The translations under genes were made by a program, and so were the position numbers. The notes under the pieces are model-generated. The model was not told the DNA's origin, did not search any database, and worked only from the letters and a program-made list of their open reading frames with translations. A stretch of DNA of 63,575 nt, the filler included, from Sphacelaria rigidula (taxonomy: Eukaryota): NCBI GenBank assembly GCA_964200075.2. It is 10 parts of 10 records of this genome, joined end to end, with 100 filler letters (N's around TTAATTAATTAA, not from the genome) between each part and the next. Parts side by side here need not be neighbours in the genome. Positions count along the whole stretch, not along the records: positions 44,575 to 50,841 come from CAXNAA020021125.1; positions 50,942 to 57,208 come from CAXNAA020021126.1; positions 57,309 to 63,575 come from CAXNAA020021127.1; 7 more parts are not named here. One strand, 5' to 3'. Positions 50,081-63,060 of this stretch are shown here, piece after piece (the first letter of the stretch is position 1; each line of letters opens with the position of its first letter).

Positions 50081-51329
50081 TCACTTCATGCATCGTGATG
50101 TCATCGCCTTACCGAAAAATGGCTCCATGAGGTGGATTGTTTGCCAATCTAGATATGCACGATATGGTTGCATGAACAGCGGCTTTCCGGAGCGGCTCAT
50201 CTCTCGCTTCGTCCTACTTCATTTTACATGAAACATGAAACACATTGTTGTTGTCGCAGAATTTTTTCCTGCCTCCGGCGAAAAAAGTGCGGCCCAACAG
50301 AATTCACTGCGGCAAACCGCAGAGAGAAACTCGCAACAGCTGCGCATCGCCCACCTATTCAAAATAATGTGCGCCAGCGCAGGCCCTCGCGGAGTTTTTC
50401 TAACCCTGCTTCCATGGTCACAGGCTAGCTACCTGTAATAGGTGTGGGGAAATCAAACAAGAACATCGGGAACGTTGTAAACCGATGTTAACCCTTGAAC
50501 CACTGAAATTGGTGGGGCTGTGAACTGGCTGCTCAGGCCAGTCAAGTTTAAAGTGGTCGCGCCAGCGGCCAGTATATCGATTGTTTCCCAGTTACGAGCG
50601 GCGAAGCCGCGAGCCGCCAAGGCCCCCCCCGGCTGGTGAGGGGCCCCCTCGGGAACGCCGCCGGAGGCGAGACAAATTGCGTAATATGGCTTGTTTTTCC
50701 TTCAAGAATGTGGAAAATTGTAGAATATGTGACCCCTCACGTTGAGGAGCTAAAAGTCTAGATGACACAGGAGTGCCCCCCCCCCCCCCAAAAACAAGAC
50801 AAAAAAAAAAGTACCCAACCAACAAGACCAAACATCCCAACNNNNNNNNNNNNNNNNNNNNNNNNNNNNNNNNNNNNNNNNNNNNTTAATTAATTAANNN
50901 NNNNNNNNNNNNNNNNNNNNNNNNNNNNNNNNNNNNNNNNNATCCCAACATGCCTACACCCAGGGTGTAGACACATTACACTGCTTGTAGCCCAGGATAT
51001 GCCAGCACACAGGGTGTTGACATATTATAGTGCTGCATTATAACAGGGGTGGGTGTGCCGGATGAGCACCGCGCTGACCCAACTCTAGTACCACACCACG
51101 GCCTGGGCCAAGGGTGGTAGCGAGAAGGAATCACTCCTTGAAGGTGATCCCGGCCCTACACCCGCCGAAAAGGCTTATACGGGAGATTTGTGGGCCACGG
51201 AGCGGACACTAGCTCATCTGGCCGACACGGACGACCCACGTCAATCAGGGAAGTCCAACTTGGAAATGATTCCGTACTTGGCGGTTGACGAGATAGAAGC
51301 AGGTCCAAAAACAGGGCAGGATGTTTACA

Positions 51330-52835
51330 ATTCACTGTTGAAGAACGTATGGCTGGATGCGATGAACAAGGAGATTGAAGGATTGGAACGTAACAATACT
51401 TGGATAGTTGTGGACACACTGCCAGTAGGAGAAAAGGCAGTTGATTCGAAAGTGGGTATTCCAGTGGAAGACGGACGGATACGGTTACGTATATTAAAGC
51501 AAAGGCTCGATTGGTGTTCAGGAGGAACGAGCAAGAGATTGACGATATTGCAAAGTTTTCACCAACACCTCCCAACACAACAAACTGAGTGGCTGCAGCA
51601 GTAGCTTGCGCTTAGGGAAAACCGATTTTTCATTTCGACGTTGAGCAGGCTTTCGTACAGTGATCTGAAGGAGGAAGTGTATATGCAATTACCGTCAGGT
51701 CTGGGTAAGCGGTGTGGGACTATCATACAGTTGAGGAAGACGTTGTACGACCTTCCACAAGCAGCTAGAGAATGGTTCGGTAAGCTAGGGAGGACTCTAG
51801 GTAGTCTAGTTTTTGAGCAGAGCTTGCTTGTAGCCGATCCGTGCATTTACAGGCTGGTGGACGGGGAAGAGCTCAAGGTTTTGATTGTGACACATGTCGA
51901 TGACATGTTCGTTATGGGTGACGAGGCTGAGGGCAATAAATTGGCCACCGATCTTGACCTTCACTTTCCGAAGAAAAACCCGGAGGGGCTGGTTTTATAT
52001 CCAGGATGTGAGTACAGACACGACCTCGAGAGAGGTGTTCTTAAGTTGACACAGACTGCGTATGTCCAGAGGATCACTGAAAAAATCTCGATCGATAAAA
52101 CCGCCGCCACTCCCTCTTATGTTTCATCTTCGTTCAAGGTCGAGGAGGGGGAGGACTACAAGGGAAGATACCGAGAGGCGGTGGGATTGTTGATGTGGCT
52201 CTCGAACAACACCCGTCCGGACATCACCAATGTCGTGAGAGCTGCGTCCGGACACAACGAGAACCCGACTCCTGAGGATTGGCGGAAAGTGTTGCGGATA
52301 TTCGAGTACCTCAACAGTACTGTAGATTTGGACATAACGTAGAAGAGAGGCTGGAGTGAGGAGTTTTTGGCGTATGCGGATGCCGACTACGTAAAGCTCG
52401 ATGATAGGCGTTTAGTTTCCGGTGATGCAATATTTCTCTGTGGAGCTGTTGTCCGGTTTTTCTCAAGGACTCAGAAGAATGTTACGCTTTCTACTACGCA
52501 GGACGAGTACGTAGCCATGGGGGACGTGGTGAAGGACGCGCTTTTCATCAAGGCGGTGCTTCAATGCATGCGCCCGAAACAGGGGGGAGGTGTGTATTCC
52601 GGTGACGGTGTACGAGGATAATCAGGGGGCCATTCAGCTCGCCAATCATCCGCGAAGCTCACACAACAGTAAGCACATAGATGTACGCCATCATTTTCCG
52701 AGGGAGTTGGTGTCTGAACAGATCATCCGAGTGGAGTATATCTTGTCAGCTGAGCACCATGCTGACGTGCTGACAAAGCCTTGTCCTGTACACAGTTTTC
52801 TATACCGCAGGAATGCGTTGATGTACATCAAGTGA
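51330..52835 (+). pseudogene. pol: Ty1/copia pol (RT and RNase H), frameshifted
   Basis: WLDAMNKEIEGLERNNTW, HFDVEQAF, EEVYMQLP, LRKTLYDLPQAAREW, DPCIY, HVDD, YREAVG.LMW..TRPDI, YADADY..DRR, EDNQGAI, SKHIDVRHHF, ADVLTK. Several frameshifts and stops. Confidence 0.97.
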
Positions 52836-53085
52836 TCTTGGCTGTCGCAAGTGTTCCGGACTTCGTTAATGCGTCAAACTAGGAACGTTCGAGTGAGGTG
52901 CCGCCGCGAGGTTTAACTTGGTGTGTCCCACCCGGGGGTAAAGCGGACTCTCATGAAATGCGTGCCATAGCCGAGTCCGAACCGTACTTCGGTCATCGCC
53001 TGAGTGACGTTGTGTGAAACACCAAATTGTAGTTGACGAATTTTTGTTGTTGTTGTCGGGGTTTGAGTTCCCGATGCGCGAAATT

Positions 53086-53450
53086 AGGGAGGGTGTTGAT
53101 CATGCGTAATTTCACTCATCCGTTTGGGGTGTTTGATATTGTTCCGAGATTGCAGAAAAAGGTACAGGAAATGGAGAGTAGTGTATCTGTTTCTGGGATG
53201 CTATTATTTGAAGGTACAAAATAAGGTACAGTACGGCTGCAGGATTGAGGGATGATTTTCTTACTTAGGGGACAAACATATCGACAGCTGCGCCTGTCGT
53301 GTTGCTTCTCCACCTTCGCTCAGTGCGTGTTTTTTCCCAACTGCGCTGCTGCACTGGGTCTAATAATCAACGATAAAACTAAACTACTTCGTTTTGGGTG
53401 TCTACCGCAGTTGGTGCTGATCGAGCCATCCTTCACGTACCGTTCAAACA
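53086..53450 (+). repeat. PPT and 3' LTR of the copia element
   Basis: AGGGAGGG is followed by TGTTGA (53094). The probable end is ...TCAAACA (53450). It lies ~260 bp after the RNase H stop. Confidence 0.65.
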
Positions 53451-54369
53451 GTCGGTGTTGCTTGGACCAGGGCGCCTGAAGCTTGAAACAGAGGAAATTA
53501 TCCCAAAATAAACACAGCAAGCACCAAAGGTAAGAAAAAGAAGGGAGAAAAACTGAAAGAAAAAAAAAAGAAGGGAAAATAAAAACCGGTGCCGATGAAA
53601 GAAAGGAAGTAAACGGGAAATGAAACTAGAAATGGCCGCAGCATGACTGCAGGTGGACAACACTGAGCGCGTAAATACATATACCCGTAAAATGACAAAG
53701 TAAGTATGTCATGGGAGCAGATTGCGCCTCAGCTATTTTCGGGTCATGTTAGTTGGGCACGAGCTCTCACCCATGAGCCCTATGGCAGCAAGGTACCAAA
53801 ATGCCACTGTACGCTACTGAGATAAAATAAACAACGAGAGAGAGCGAGAGACGGAGAAAGAGCAGCAAAGAAAAATACGGAATGCGAAAGAGTCGAAACC
53901 CAAGGGCGAAGTAGAGCATGTGCACGACAACAACCACCAATACCGCGAGGCCACAGGCTACGGAAGGATCGACAAGCGATGAGAGAATACAGGGGTAGTT
54001 CAGTTTCTGTGTTGACCTCGCTTCCCGCACTGGATTAAAGGCTCGATATACACGTGGTGAGTGATTTCGTTCACGCCCAGTTCTGTAAGGGGGTCAACTT
54101 GGTGTACATTGACCGCGAGCGTCGACAGCAGGATATGACGATACGACGCAAGAAGGCGATCGCTCGACAGGAGGACAACCGATTGGAGCTGACTCCTGTA
54201 CACCCTCAAATCCCGGGGGGTCCTGACAAACATCGAAGATCTCCAACCATGCGAGAACATCACAGTTGGGGTTTCAGGACAGCTCTGCACCAATACAACG
54301 GGCATGACAAATCGGCTGGAAACACGGGAGATACAAATTGAGGATGAATTGTGTTTGAAGATAAACCTT

Positions 54370-55662
54370 GCGCACGTCGGACAGATCAGCTCCATATAGC
54401 TCGAGCTAGCTTTTTTTTAACGTAGCTCCCTAGTGAGCTATGAGAGCTACATGAGCTACGCATGTTTGCCCTGGGTGAGCTACGAGAGCTTTATGAGCTA
54501 TACATGTTTGCCCTACGTGAGCTTCCAACCCGTAGCTCATCAGCTCAGATTCGTCCTGGGTGAGCTATGAGAGCTGCATGAGCTACACATATTTGCCCTG
54601 GATGAGCTACCAACCCGTAGCTCATCAGCTCAGATTCGCCCCGGGTGAGCTATGAGAGCTGCATACGCTACGCATGTTTGCCCTGGATGAGCTAGGAGAG
54701 ATGCATGAGCTACACATGTTTGCCCTGGGTGAGCTACCAACCCGTAGCTCATCCGTAATGTTTGCCCTGGATGAGCTATGCTACATGAGCTACGCATGAT
54801 TGCCCTGGTTGAGCTGAAGATCTGCGGGAGCTACGCCGATCTTGAACTTGTTTCTGTTCCGATCCTCATGCACGTTGATATTATACGTACGTGACGACGG
54901 TTAAATGTGCCCACACCTGTGTTCCGCTTCGTGTGGCAATGGATTTCCTTTTTGTAAACATCAACATGGCTGCATTAAAATTCATCCGCGTCATAGCCAC
55001 CACACACACACAACCGCACACGCACACTACTCGCCCTGCATGACGACCGCAGGGGGCAGCAGCTCTAGCGGCGCTTCAGTCGGAAATGAACGAAGATTTG
55101 TGTTGACTCATTTTCTTCCTATCGCAAAGAATGAGACAAAACATCACAACCTAATGATATGTGATGCCATCCGTGCGGACAAGAATGTTACATCATAAGC
55201 GACACCGGGTTGGTCAGCGGTGAGCTAGGCACATGACGTGAGTGAGCTACGAGCATGTGTCCCTGGGGTGAGCTACAGGGCTTAGCTCACCCCCTGATGT
55301 TTTCCCCGGGTGAGCTATAGGAGCTGCGTGAGCTACACATGTTTGCCTTACGTGAGCTATCGAGCGTAGCTCATCCTCATTTGTTTTCCCCGGGTAAGCT
55401 ATGAGAGATGAATGAGCTACACATGTTTGCCCTGGGTGAGCTACCGGACGTAGCTCATCCGCACATGTTTGCTCTGGATGAGCTATGAGAGCTATATGAG
55501 CTTCAAATGTTTGCCCTACGTGAGCTACCAACCCGTAGCTCATCAGCTCATATTCGTCCTGGGTGAGCTACCGGACGTAGCTCACATGTACATGTTTAAC
55601 TTCAAGTGAGCTACCGTCCGCAGATGAGCTAGCTCATGACCTGTCCGACGTGTGACACCTTG
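54370..55662. mobile_element. Non-autonomous TIR element filled with an AGCT-rich ~41-bp minisatellite
   Basis: Left CACGTCGGACAGATCA is inverted relative to right TGACCTGTCCGACGTGTGACACCTTG. Flanks TAAACCTT / GGAACCTT. Arrays of TGTTTGCCCTGGGTGAGCTA... at ~54400-54835 and ~55215-55640 surround a unique core. Confidence 0.8.
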
Positions 55663-55716
55663 GGAACCTTCATCAGCATCAGAATACTTTCGAAAACGAA
55701 CTACAAATGCACTACC

Positions 55717-56161
55717 CTGCAGTATATCTCTTTCTGCACGCTTCGTCCCATCAGTATTGGGGTGGAATGAGGTCTCCAGTCACAACGGCCGTTGTCCTCA
55801 CCGGTCGAGAGGATTCCCTGTGCCCGCGAAGAGGGTTCATTGCCCTGCTTTGCGAGCCCAAGGCTCAACCCTTAACCTGCCTGCTGCGTGCCGGCTCGGT
55901 GAAATGGCCATACCTTATAGCACATTTACGTTTGTGTTTCTTTTTGAGCTGATCATGAGGGGTTTTTACGGGGACTGACTCTTACTCTCGGAACGTTCCC
56001 TGAGTTCTTTCTCCTCTCCCAACACTGCCCTTTAATGTTAAAACCCCTAAACACCCTGTATCAGGCCCGTGGAAAGTACTGCAGTATATCCTTTTTTGCA
56101 CGCTTCGTCTTGTTAGTATTGGGATATAATGAGGTCTCCAGCCACTGTTGTCATCCTCACC
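55717..56161. repeat. Pair of ~85-bp direct repeats downstream of the YR relic
   Basis: CTGCAGTATATC..TGCACGCTTCGTC..AGTATTGGG..AATGAGGTCTCCAG at 55717-55802 and 56079-56161. Confidence 0.8.
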
Positions 56162-56300
56162 CAAACGTCTTCCCCTTCTGGCGTTCGTTGACTGACCCAA
56201 ACTTGAAGTGCTTACTGCTGCCCTCCGATCCCGTATATTCATATCTTACGGAATCATTCAAGCGCGCTCCTGTTGTTATAGCTTTACTGGCATATGCATT

Positions 56301-56590
56301 CATAAATCACGGAAGACCTCAAACTCCGCTGGTCTGAGTGTAGCCGTCAGCTCCTTAGTATCCGCGTATGTCTCCTCATTTTCCAGCACTCTTGCCCTAC
56401 TCGCCTTCTGCGGCACTGCTCCTCCTGTGTATCTACTCGCAATAGTTTTTGATTTCACCCAATGCCCGTCATTATCGCCGCTACATGCTACCCTGCTATC
56501 GCGCGCATTACTCCTGCTCCCATCCTGAAGGAGTGCATTGTGAACTTACCCCCACCCTGCTAGATGCGCATGCTTCTGTAGAAAAAACAA
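56301..56590 (-). pseudogene. Tyrosine recombinase C-terminus (DIRS/Ngaro-like retrotransposon relic)
   Basis: LQKHAHLAG..KFTMHSFRMGAGVMRAIAG*HVAAIMTGIG(WK)SKTIASRYTG: HxxR box II, the GW position and the catalytic Tyr. Contains a stop and frameshifts. Confidence 0.82.
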
Positions 56591-59103
56591 GCGCCGGCCC
56601 TGGTGGCCCCGGCGTCCTGGTACCCCCAGCACCCTGCACCAGGCGGGGACGACCCCGACTACTTGTTCCAAGACATGCACGTGAAAGCGTGTCCCGTCCC
56701 AGATGACCAGACCATGAAACACTGTCTTGTGAGTAGTACGATACTCGGGGTGACGAGGGCTACTTGGAGGATAGTACACGGTCATCGACCATCGCCTATA
56801 TTGCTAAGGAGTAGATCTGCGACCAGAGTTGCGAGGGTTTCGGTTCACACTACGCCATATCTGATTGTGGTGAAATTGAATACAGTACAAAACTAGTATG
56901 AATAGGAGGGATCTGCGGACGGAGGCCGTGTTTTATCTCACCCAAGGACATAGGCGTGTATGTCGGTTATGACTTCTCACTCAGTGTGAGGGAACGGAGC
57001 GTGTAGAGACGCGACGTGGACGTGGACTGGACGAGCTTTGCAAGGCAAGGCTTGGGGTTGGAAAACAGAGTGTCCGATGGAGGCGCCGAGACGGGGCGCC
57101 TCCAAGTGAGGAGCATGACCAGTCCTTTTTGTTTTTCCCTTACACTTCGAACCCCTCCCCTTCCTCGGGATGAGTCCGTGGTCTCAAGGGATCAACCCAT
57201 CTCTCCCCNNNNNNNNNNNNNNNNNNNNNNNNNNNNNNNNNNNNNNNNNNNNTTAATTAATTAANNNNNNNNNNNNNNNNNNNNNNNNNNNNNNNNNNNN
57301 NNNNNNNNGATGAAAAAATTGGTGGGGCGATGCGGCGGAGTGGAACCCCGCCGGAAATTGCCTTTGGGGGGGGGGGGGGGTATACTCATGATCATGCATG
57401 CCATAGTCATAAGATCATTGACGCCGCATCCCTACAAAGCCGGGACGGAGCGCGCCGGCTTTTCGTCGGACCAGGCTCGCACTCAATCAATAAAAGCGCG
57501 AAGCGCCGTCTCCGCCTTTTGGAGGAGAATCTGTTTTTTGCCGTCGTTGAACGCGTAAGGAAGTGAACACCGCGATAAAATTTCGCTAGAGCCGACGCGA
57601 TGCTGGAGTGCTCATCTAATGCGAGGCATCGTCGCTTACGGTGCCACCAAATCGAAGGGATGAACTTCAGTACGTACCCGCGCTACATTTCTTAGCACTT
57701 GACTGCGACCGCAGCACTTCGGTCAAGCCATGTATGCTTCTTTCTGTTTTTGTTTCATGTTGCACTCTATACTCTTTTCCTTCCTCGGGACGAGGCCGTG
57801 ATCTCACGGAATGAACACATCTCTACCCGGTTACGGTGCTAAGTCTCGAAAGGGATGCGTGGTCAATGATCAATCGACTAAGGCAAGCAACGAATGAGTA
57901 CACCCCCGCAGCGCCCACCCACCCGCCCCCCCCCCCACCGTAGTTACGCCTTCGACGGTGAGAATCAGATAATTCGAAGAAACAATATGACGCATCGGGG
58001 ATCGAACCCCCTCTCTCTTCCCACCCTAATGGTGACAGTCGGACCATTTTGATTTACACCACCGGGGCGCGGCAACATGTTGGCACGGGAATCACAGAGG
58101 GCTCGCTTCGTCTACCGGGAGAGGTAGGGGTCGATCTCTTGAGACTGCGGGACTTGCCCCGAGGAAGGAAAGGGGTTGAAGGTACGATATTCGACTGATT
58201 GATCGTCGCACATTGACATGTTCCAGAGGGACCTAGCCGTAGCGACGGGATGGATGCACTCGAAGTAACCGAAACGGAAGCGGTCGCTGAAAAAAAAATA
58301 GAAGTGACAATAATAATATATGCACACATATAGAATGAACGGAAGAAGTGAGCTGAGAAACAAAGGCCAGAGCAAATAAAATGACAGAGGAAGGGTGAAA
58401 AAGATACAGGAAGGAAGGGAAAGAGAAGGGACGACAAGAAAAGAGAAGGGGGAGGAAAAGAAAGGAAGGAAGACGAATAACTGAAAAAAAAGAAGTGAAA
58501 TAATGAAACTAATTAAACAACGAAATATAACCTGAAAAAAAAAGACAAATCAAGAAATCATCAACCAACAAGTCAATCATTTTTGTTTTTCTCCCTCATG
58601 ATAAACTGCTTGACACGACGTGACGTTCATCACTAACCTCCAGTTTGATCGTCCGAGGATCCCGCTTTTTTTACTGCCGTGGACGCTGAGGGTAGTGTTG
58701 ATGGCGCACTTTGTGTCTCTCCCCCTCCCATTCCTACTTTCGTCGCCGTCGCCATATCCACACCGGTCCTCGGTCGGCCGCGCCGCCGATACACGAAGTT
58801 GTGAAACGACTGAAAATAAGGAACCACGTTCAAGTTTCAGCAGGTAACGTTCAGGACGGTCTGGAAGTTGAGTGCGCATGACGCTCAATGAGTAGTAGGT
58901 AGTACGCGGAGCGAATTTTTCGGTAATTTTCAGGTGGGCTGCCACGGCCTCCAACTTGTGTTCAACCTGAGTGCGTAATGAGTGGGGTATTGGCGGGGGA
59001 GGAGAGAGGGTGTGTGCTTCACACTGGTTTGTCATTCCGCACGGCACTCTTTCAGCTTTCCAGAGAGTGTGGCTGTCCTTCGCGGCGAGGCTGTGCATTT
59101 TTT

Positions 59104-59307
59104 CAAGGGTAGGTCCAGTAGAGTATACTCAATTGCGGGGTATTTCGAAAGTCGTGCGTAACGTACACGAATTGGGGGGAGAATTTGAGGAATCGCTTCC
59201 CAGCTATTTTTGGGGTACGACTCCCAACACTCTACCCTGACTTGAACACTCCAAGTACGTCTTTGAAAAAAAACGCAACTGAGTATACTCTACTCGACCT
59301 ACCCTTG
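59104..59307. mobile_element. CAAGGG-terminal MITE, family 1, copy b
   Basis: CAAGGGTAGGTCCAGTAGAGTATACTCA / TGAGTATACTCTACTCGACCTACCCTTG. Flanks CATTTTTT / CATTTTTC (8-bp TSD). Confidence 0.9.
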
Positions 59308-60478
59308 CATTTTTCAGAACCGCGCGTCGTGAGCAGAACGTTCGCTAGGTATTCAAGGTCTGATGCAGAGCAGACGGTTAGCCAGATTCTTGCGCATGAA
59401 AAATGCGGAAAAAATGCCGGGATCACGACGAGTACCGAGGTGAAGCCCTGCCGGAAGATAGAGGCGCTGCTTCATCCTGCGGAAATATCGGAAATCGGTA
59501 CCGCCAGGAGTAGCGCACTGATAATGCTGCATGGATGCTGCACTTTCAATGCCCACATGCAGCAGCATCTCACACTCTAGCTCCCGCCAGATGCATGGAA
59601 TATCGAGCACTTGACGTGAAGGGTCCTCACGGAACCGAACTCGCCGTCGATGCAAACTTCTCAAGTCGAGTCTGCATATTTTCAACCTTAACAAAGGTGC
59701 TACGTAAGGATGGGGCACGTACCTTTCAAGTACCCCGTTTTTTTTTGGGGGGGGGGGATAAGAAACAGTCATTTTTCCGGTGAGGTTCATGTATGCCAGT
59801 GTCAGCGTTTTTTTAACCCGGTTTTGATGTATACGAATACTCGCCCTAGCAACGATCCCAAAATCGTTATGCAAGTCGGTCAAAAGATTGTTCTCGAGAG
59901 TTATGCGACGAAAATAGGGGAGCACGTTTCGGGCCAAAACCTGTCTGGGGCTGCACACAAGGCCCAGATATTCGTCATCGAGGGGCTCCTACAGCAAAGA
60001 GCCTGAAAACAAAAAGTGTACCCCGACCGTGGTATTGCTCTCGGCGTTTGTTTTATTCGGCCCAACCGGGTACCTGGAGTCTTGTATCCCCGGCCGAACC
60101 GCAGCTACGCGACCCGAAGTCCAATCTTGTCGAACCAGCGCAACTGCTGCTCAAGGTGTACTCCCCGTAGGATGCAGCATACGAATCTCTCGCAAGAGTA
60201 AGTGTATCAAAATCACTCTCCCAGTCCCTGCCACAGGCAACGCTGGTGCGTCTGGAAAAAATACAAAGATTACAACACACAACGTAAAAAAAAAGTCGTG
60301 GGCAAGCTGTTGACAGTACAACAGCATCAGAATATATATCCACATAACCTGGCTCGAAGTCTCTTTTTCTACGCAGACTTCTAGAGTCCACGACTCACTG
60401 ACTACGGTTGGTGGATGACCTACGCATACCCAGATATTTCCCACTATGATGCATGTGCTGTAAGCGCAACATCCCAAC

Positions 60479-60748
60479 CTGAAGGGCTGCTCTCCTCCAT
60501 CGCATCCGGCGACGACGCTCACGCTCCCCACGCCGAATGCCGGCAGACCTGAGCTTCGACATAGGCGGCGACCGGCATATAGATGGATTGACGCCCCGGC
60601 AGAGCTCACACCAACGTTACTGCCACTTCCTAGATCCCTCCATGGGTTGTCATCCGTGGGGCCTGATGAACCGATGATTGGGTTGAGGGTCGTCCCTGCC
60701 GCCACGCCGTCGAGGTTACTTTTCACCAACCGCCTCCAGTTTGTATCG
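60479..60748 (-). CDS. Putative internal exon, hypothetical protein
   Basis: ttcag|C GAT...TTC AG|gttggg; 270 bp, open frame DTNWRRLVKSNLDG..., phase 2/2, compatible with 62123-62308. Confidence 0.45.
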
Positions 60749-62122
60749 CTGAAGACATGTGACGTACGTACGCGCAGACAGGGTTGGATGTTGCGGGAAA
60801 CACTCTCTTCAAGCAAGATGGCGGTTTATTGGGAGATACTACGTCGGGATACTACTTCCGCTACGACTGATACGTTGGAATATTGGAATATTGGACTTAT
60901 ACTGTAACGGTTATTTGATATTGGTAGTGTACGTATGGGTGAGAGTCTGCTAATCGTTGCCCGGAGTTTCTATGATCACTGCTGCACGTGTCCTTGGCAA
61001 AAATCGGGAAACCTCGGCGGTGAATGTGGTGCCTCTCCGGTGCGTATCCACCGGTATATACACTTTAACTCGATACCTTCACTTGAGGAACAACTGGGTT
61101 CATCTTCACATACTCATGCAACACGTGCAGCCCCAGCGAGAGAGATCACACTCGTTTCCAGTGAGGTTTACCCCAACCATCAGCGAAAACCCATGATGGT
61201 CGCCCCAACTGTTTTATGTTTTGAACCCTGACCACATACCAAGCCCCAGTCCCAACCCAAGGCAGACCGAAATACAGGAGGCTGTAGACATATTGGACGC
61301 AAACAAATCTTAGACACAATGTCGCAGGAAGGCGCCACCGATATGAGCCGAAACGTGCCCTGCACACGCTGGCGAGTACTTGGGACTGCCAGCTTTTGCA
61401 AGATCCAAGGGCTCGTGTCCACAGTCAATCCGCGGATTGTAGAGCTGGGTTTTAGTGCTGTTTGTTGGGGTTACTCAGCCCACCCCCCCCTCCTCTGGTT
61501 AGACACCCATGAGGCAGTGTAAAAGCTGTGACTGTCTCTGGAAGTGGCGATACCACAGAATAAAGCAACTCATAGTTGGCTGTCATCCAAGTGCAAGATA
61601 ATCAGGAGGCTTCGGACACCAAAATCTTAGCAGGGTCCAGCTCACCCTTCATGCGACTCGCCGAGCACACCACGGCACTTCGCGCTTGGTGGTTTGAGTG
61701 CAAGCCTGGTCGGGCGAAAACCCGGCGTGCTCNNNNNNNNNNTCCCGGCATTGTAGGGATGCGAGGGCAACGGTCTTATGACTATGGCATGCATGATCAT
61801 GAGTACACCGTCCTCGGGACAAGTCCGTAGTCTCTCAATGGATCAACCCATCTATGCCCCGGCACATGCGTTGTAATTTGGTATCGCGGGTTGGATCAAC
61901 CGAAACCAGAAAACTTGAGAAAATGAAAACGCCGAAATGGATTTGCCGCACAGTTCAAGCCGCCTTTTTGGATCTAATCAATGGGTTCAGCCGTACGAAT
62001 GAAGCAATAGGTTGGCATGATCTCTACCGGGTGATTCTATCGAGAAAGTCAAGAATATTTTGAACATATATATGCTTCCGTTTCCCCCTCACCCCTCCTT
62101 CTCTTTACGTTTCGCATCTCAC

Positions 62123-62308
62123 CTAGGAGTACCGGTGCGATTGACAACGTCGGTGTAGTCGGCCTCCCTGTCTCTGTATCCCCACTCGTTCCCCCCATAC
62201 GGCTGTTGCCGCTCATACCCCGACATCCTCGACGGCGGTTGTTCCACCCTGTCATCATCCAGCAAGTACCTGAGGGCAGTCGACCTACTTGCTGCGGCCC
62301 CTGAGTAC
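62123..62308 (-). CDS. Putative internal exon of the same hypothetical gene
   Basis: ttcaag|G TAC...CCT AG|gtgaga; 186 bp, open frame YSGAAASRSTALRYLLDDDRVEQ... Confidence 0.4.
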
Positions 62309-62539
62309 CTTGAATCGACGAACAGAAGGTATTTTCAGTTTATTTGGCTGGAAATTCCAATTCCACGTGGATGCGTTAACCCTTCCAATGTGTGTGTATG
62401 AATATTTATATATATACAATATTTCGGGTCTTCAATCTAAGGGAGCGTAAGATTACCTCGCAAATGTCCGCAGTGGAACAAGCAGTGCTCAATTTCTTTA
62501 CAGCCGAAGGAATATCGTGACTACACCAAGTCAGGGCAC

Positions 62540-63060
62540 TATATCGAACGCAGATTTGCGCCTAAACAGCTTCACCCTGTAGCGACCAACGCGTTGTCTG
62601 TGAGAGGGATTCCACCGCTTGACCAAGAAATCAGCGCTGACCACTTGATCTAGTGGTGAAATCCCTTTAACGCACAAAAAAAATGTTCTTGAGCTCGAAA
62701 GACCCTCGACGGGTTCCTCCGGGTTGCTCTTTGCCAACACTGCAGCTGGCAAGATCCAGTGCCTCTAACGTCTTTCTACGGAAATGGGAAAGACCCTCCC
62801 TCGGCATCGGGAAAGAGTGGACGCGTCGAGAAGCGAACTCGGCGCTCGTTTTGTTCGTTAAAGGAATTTTACCACAAGACTAAGTAGTCAGCGCTGGCCA
62901 CTGAAGGCGTGCAAAAAACCGTGAGTGCAGACGGGATATTTTTGTCCCAATTATTTCATGGAGGCTAAAACCAGTCACGTTTGCGAAGAGCATACCGAGC
63001 TCCGGACACTTTCTACGATAGCCCCTCCCCAAAACCAGCTCAAAAGTGTCACGAAAAAAA
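62540..63060 (-). pseudogene. Possible KDZ/Zisupton-like transposase relic
   Basis: Frame-joined PSALTVFCT (cf. PG.FT.FC), LDLASCSV..NP and FFCALKGFHH*IKWSA (cf. D.FH..H.CS). Confidence 0.33.

Noticed and set aside
54400..55640. CRISPR-like array or repeat-protein ORF (55247-55543)
   Set aside because: It is a minisatellite with no unique spacers. The ORF is a by-product of the repeat.
58054..59098. Downstream exons of the contig-10 putative gene
   Set aside because: Two alternative acceptors (~58966 and ~58286) give different endings, which cannot be resolved without transcripts.
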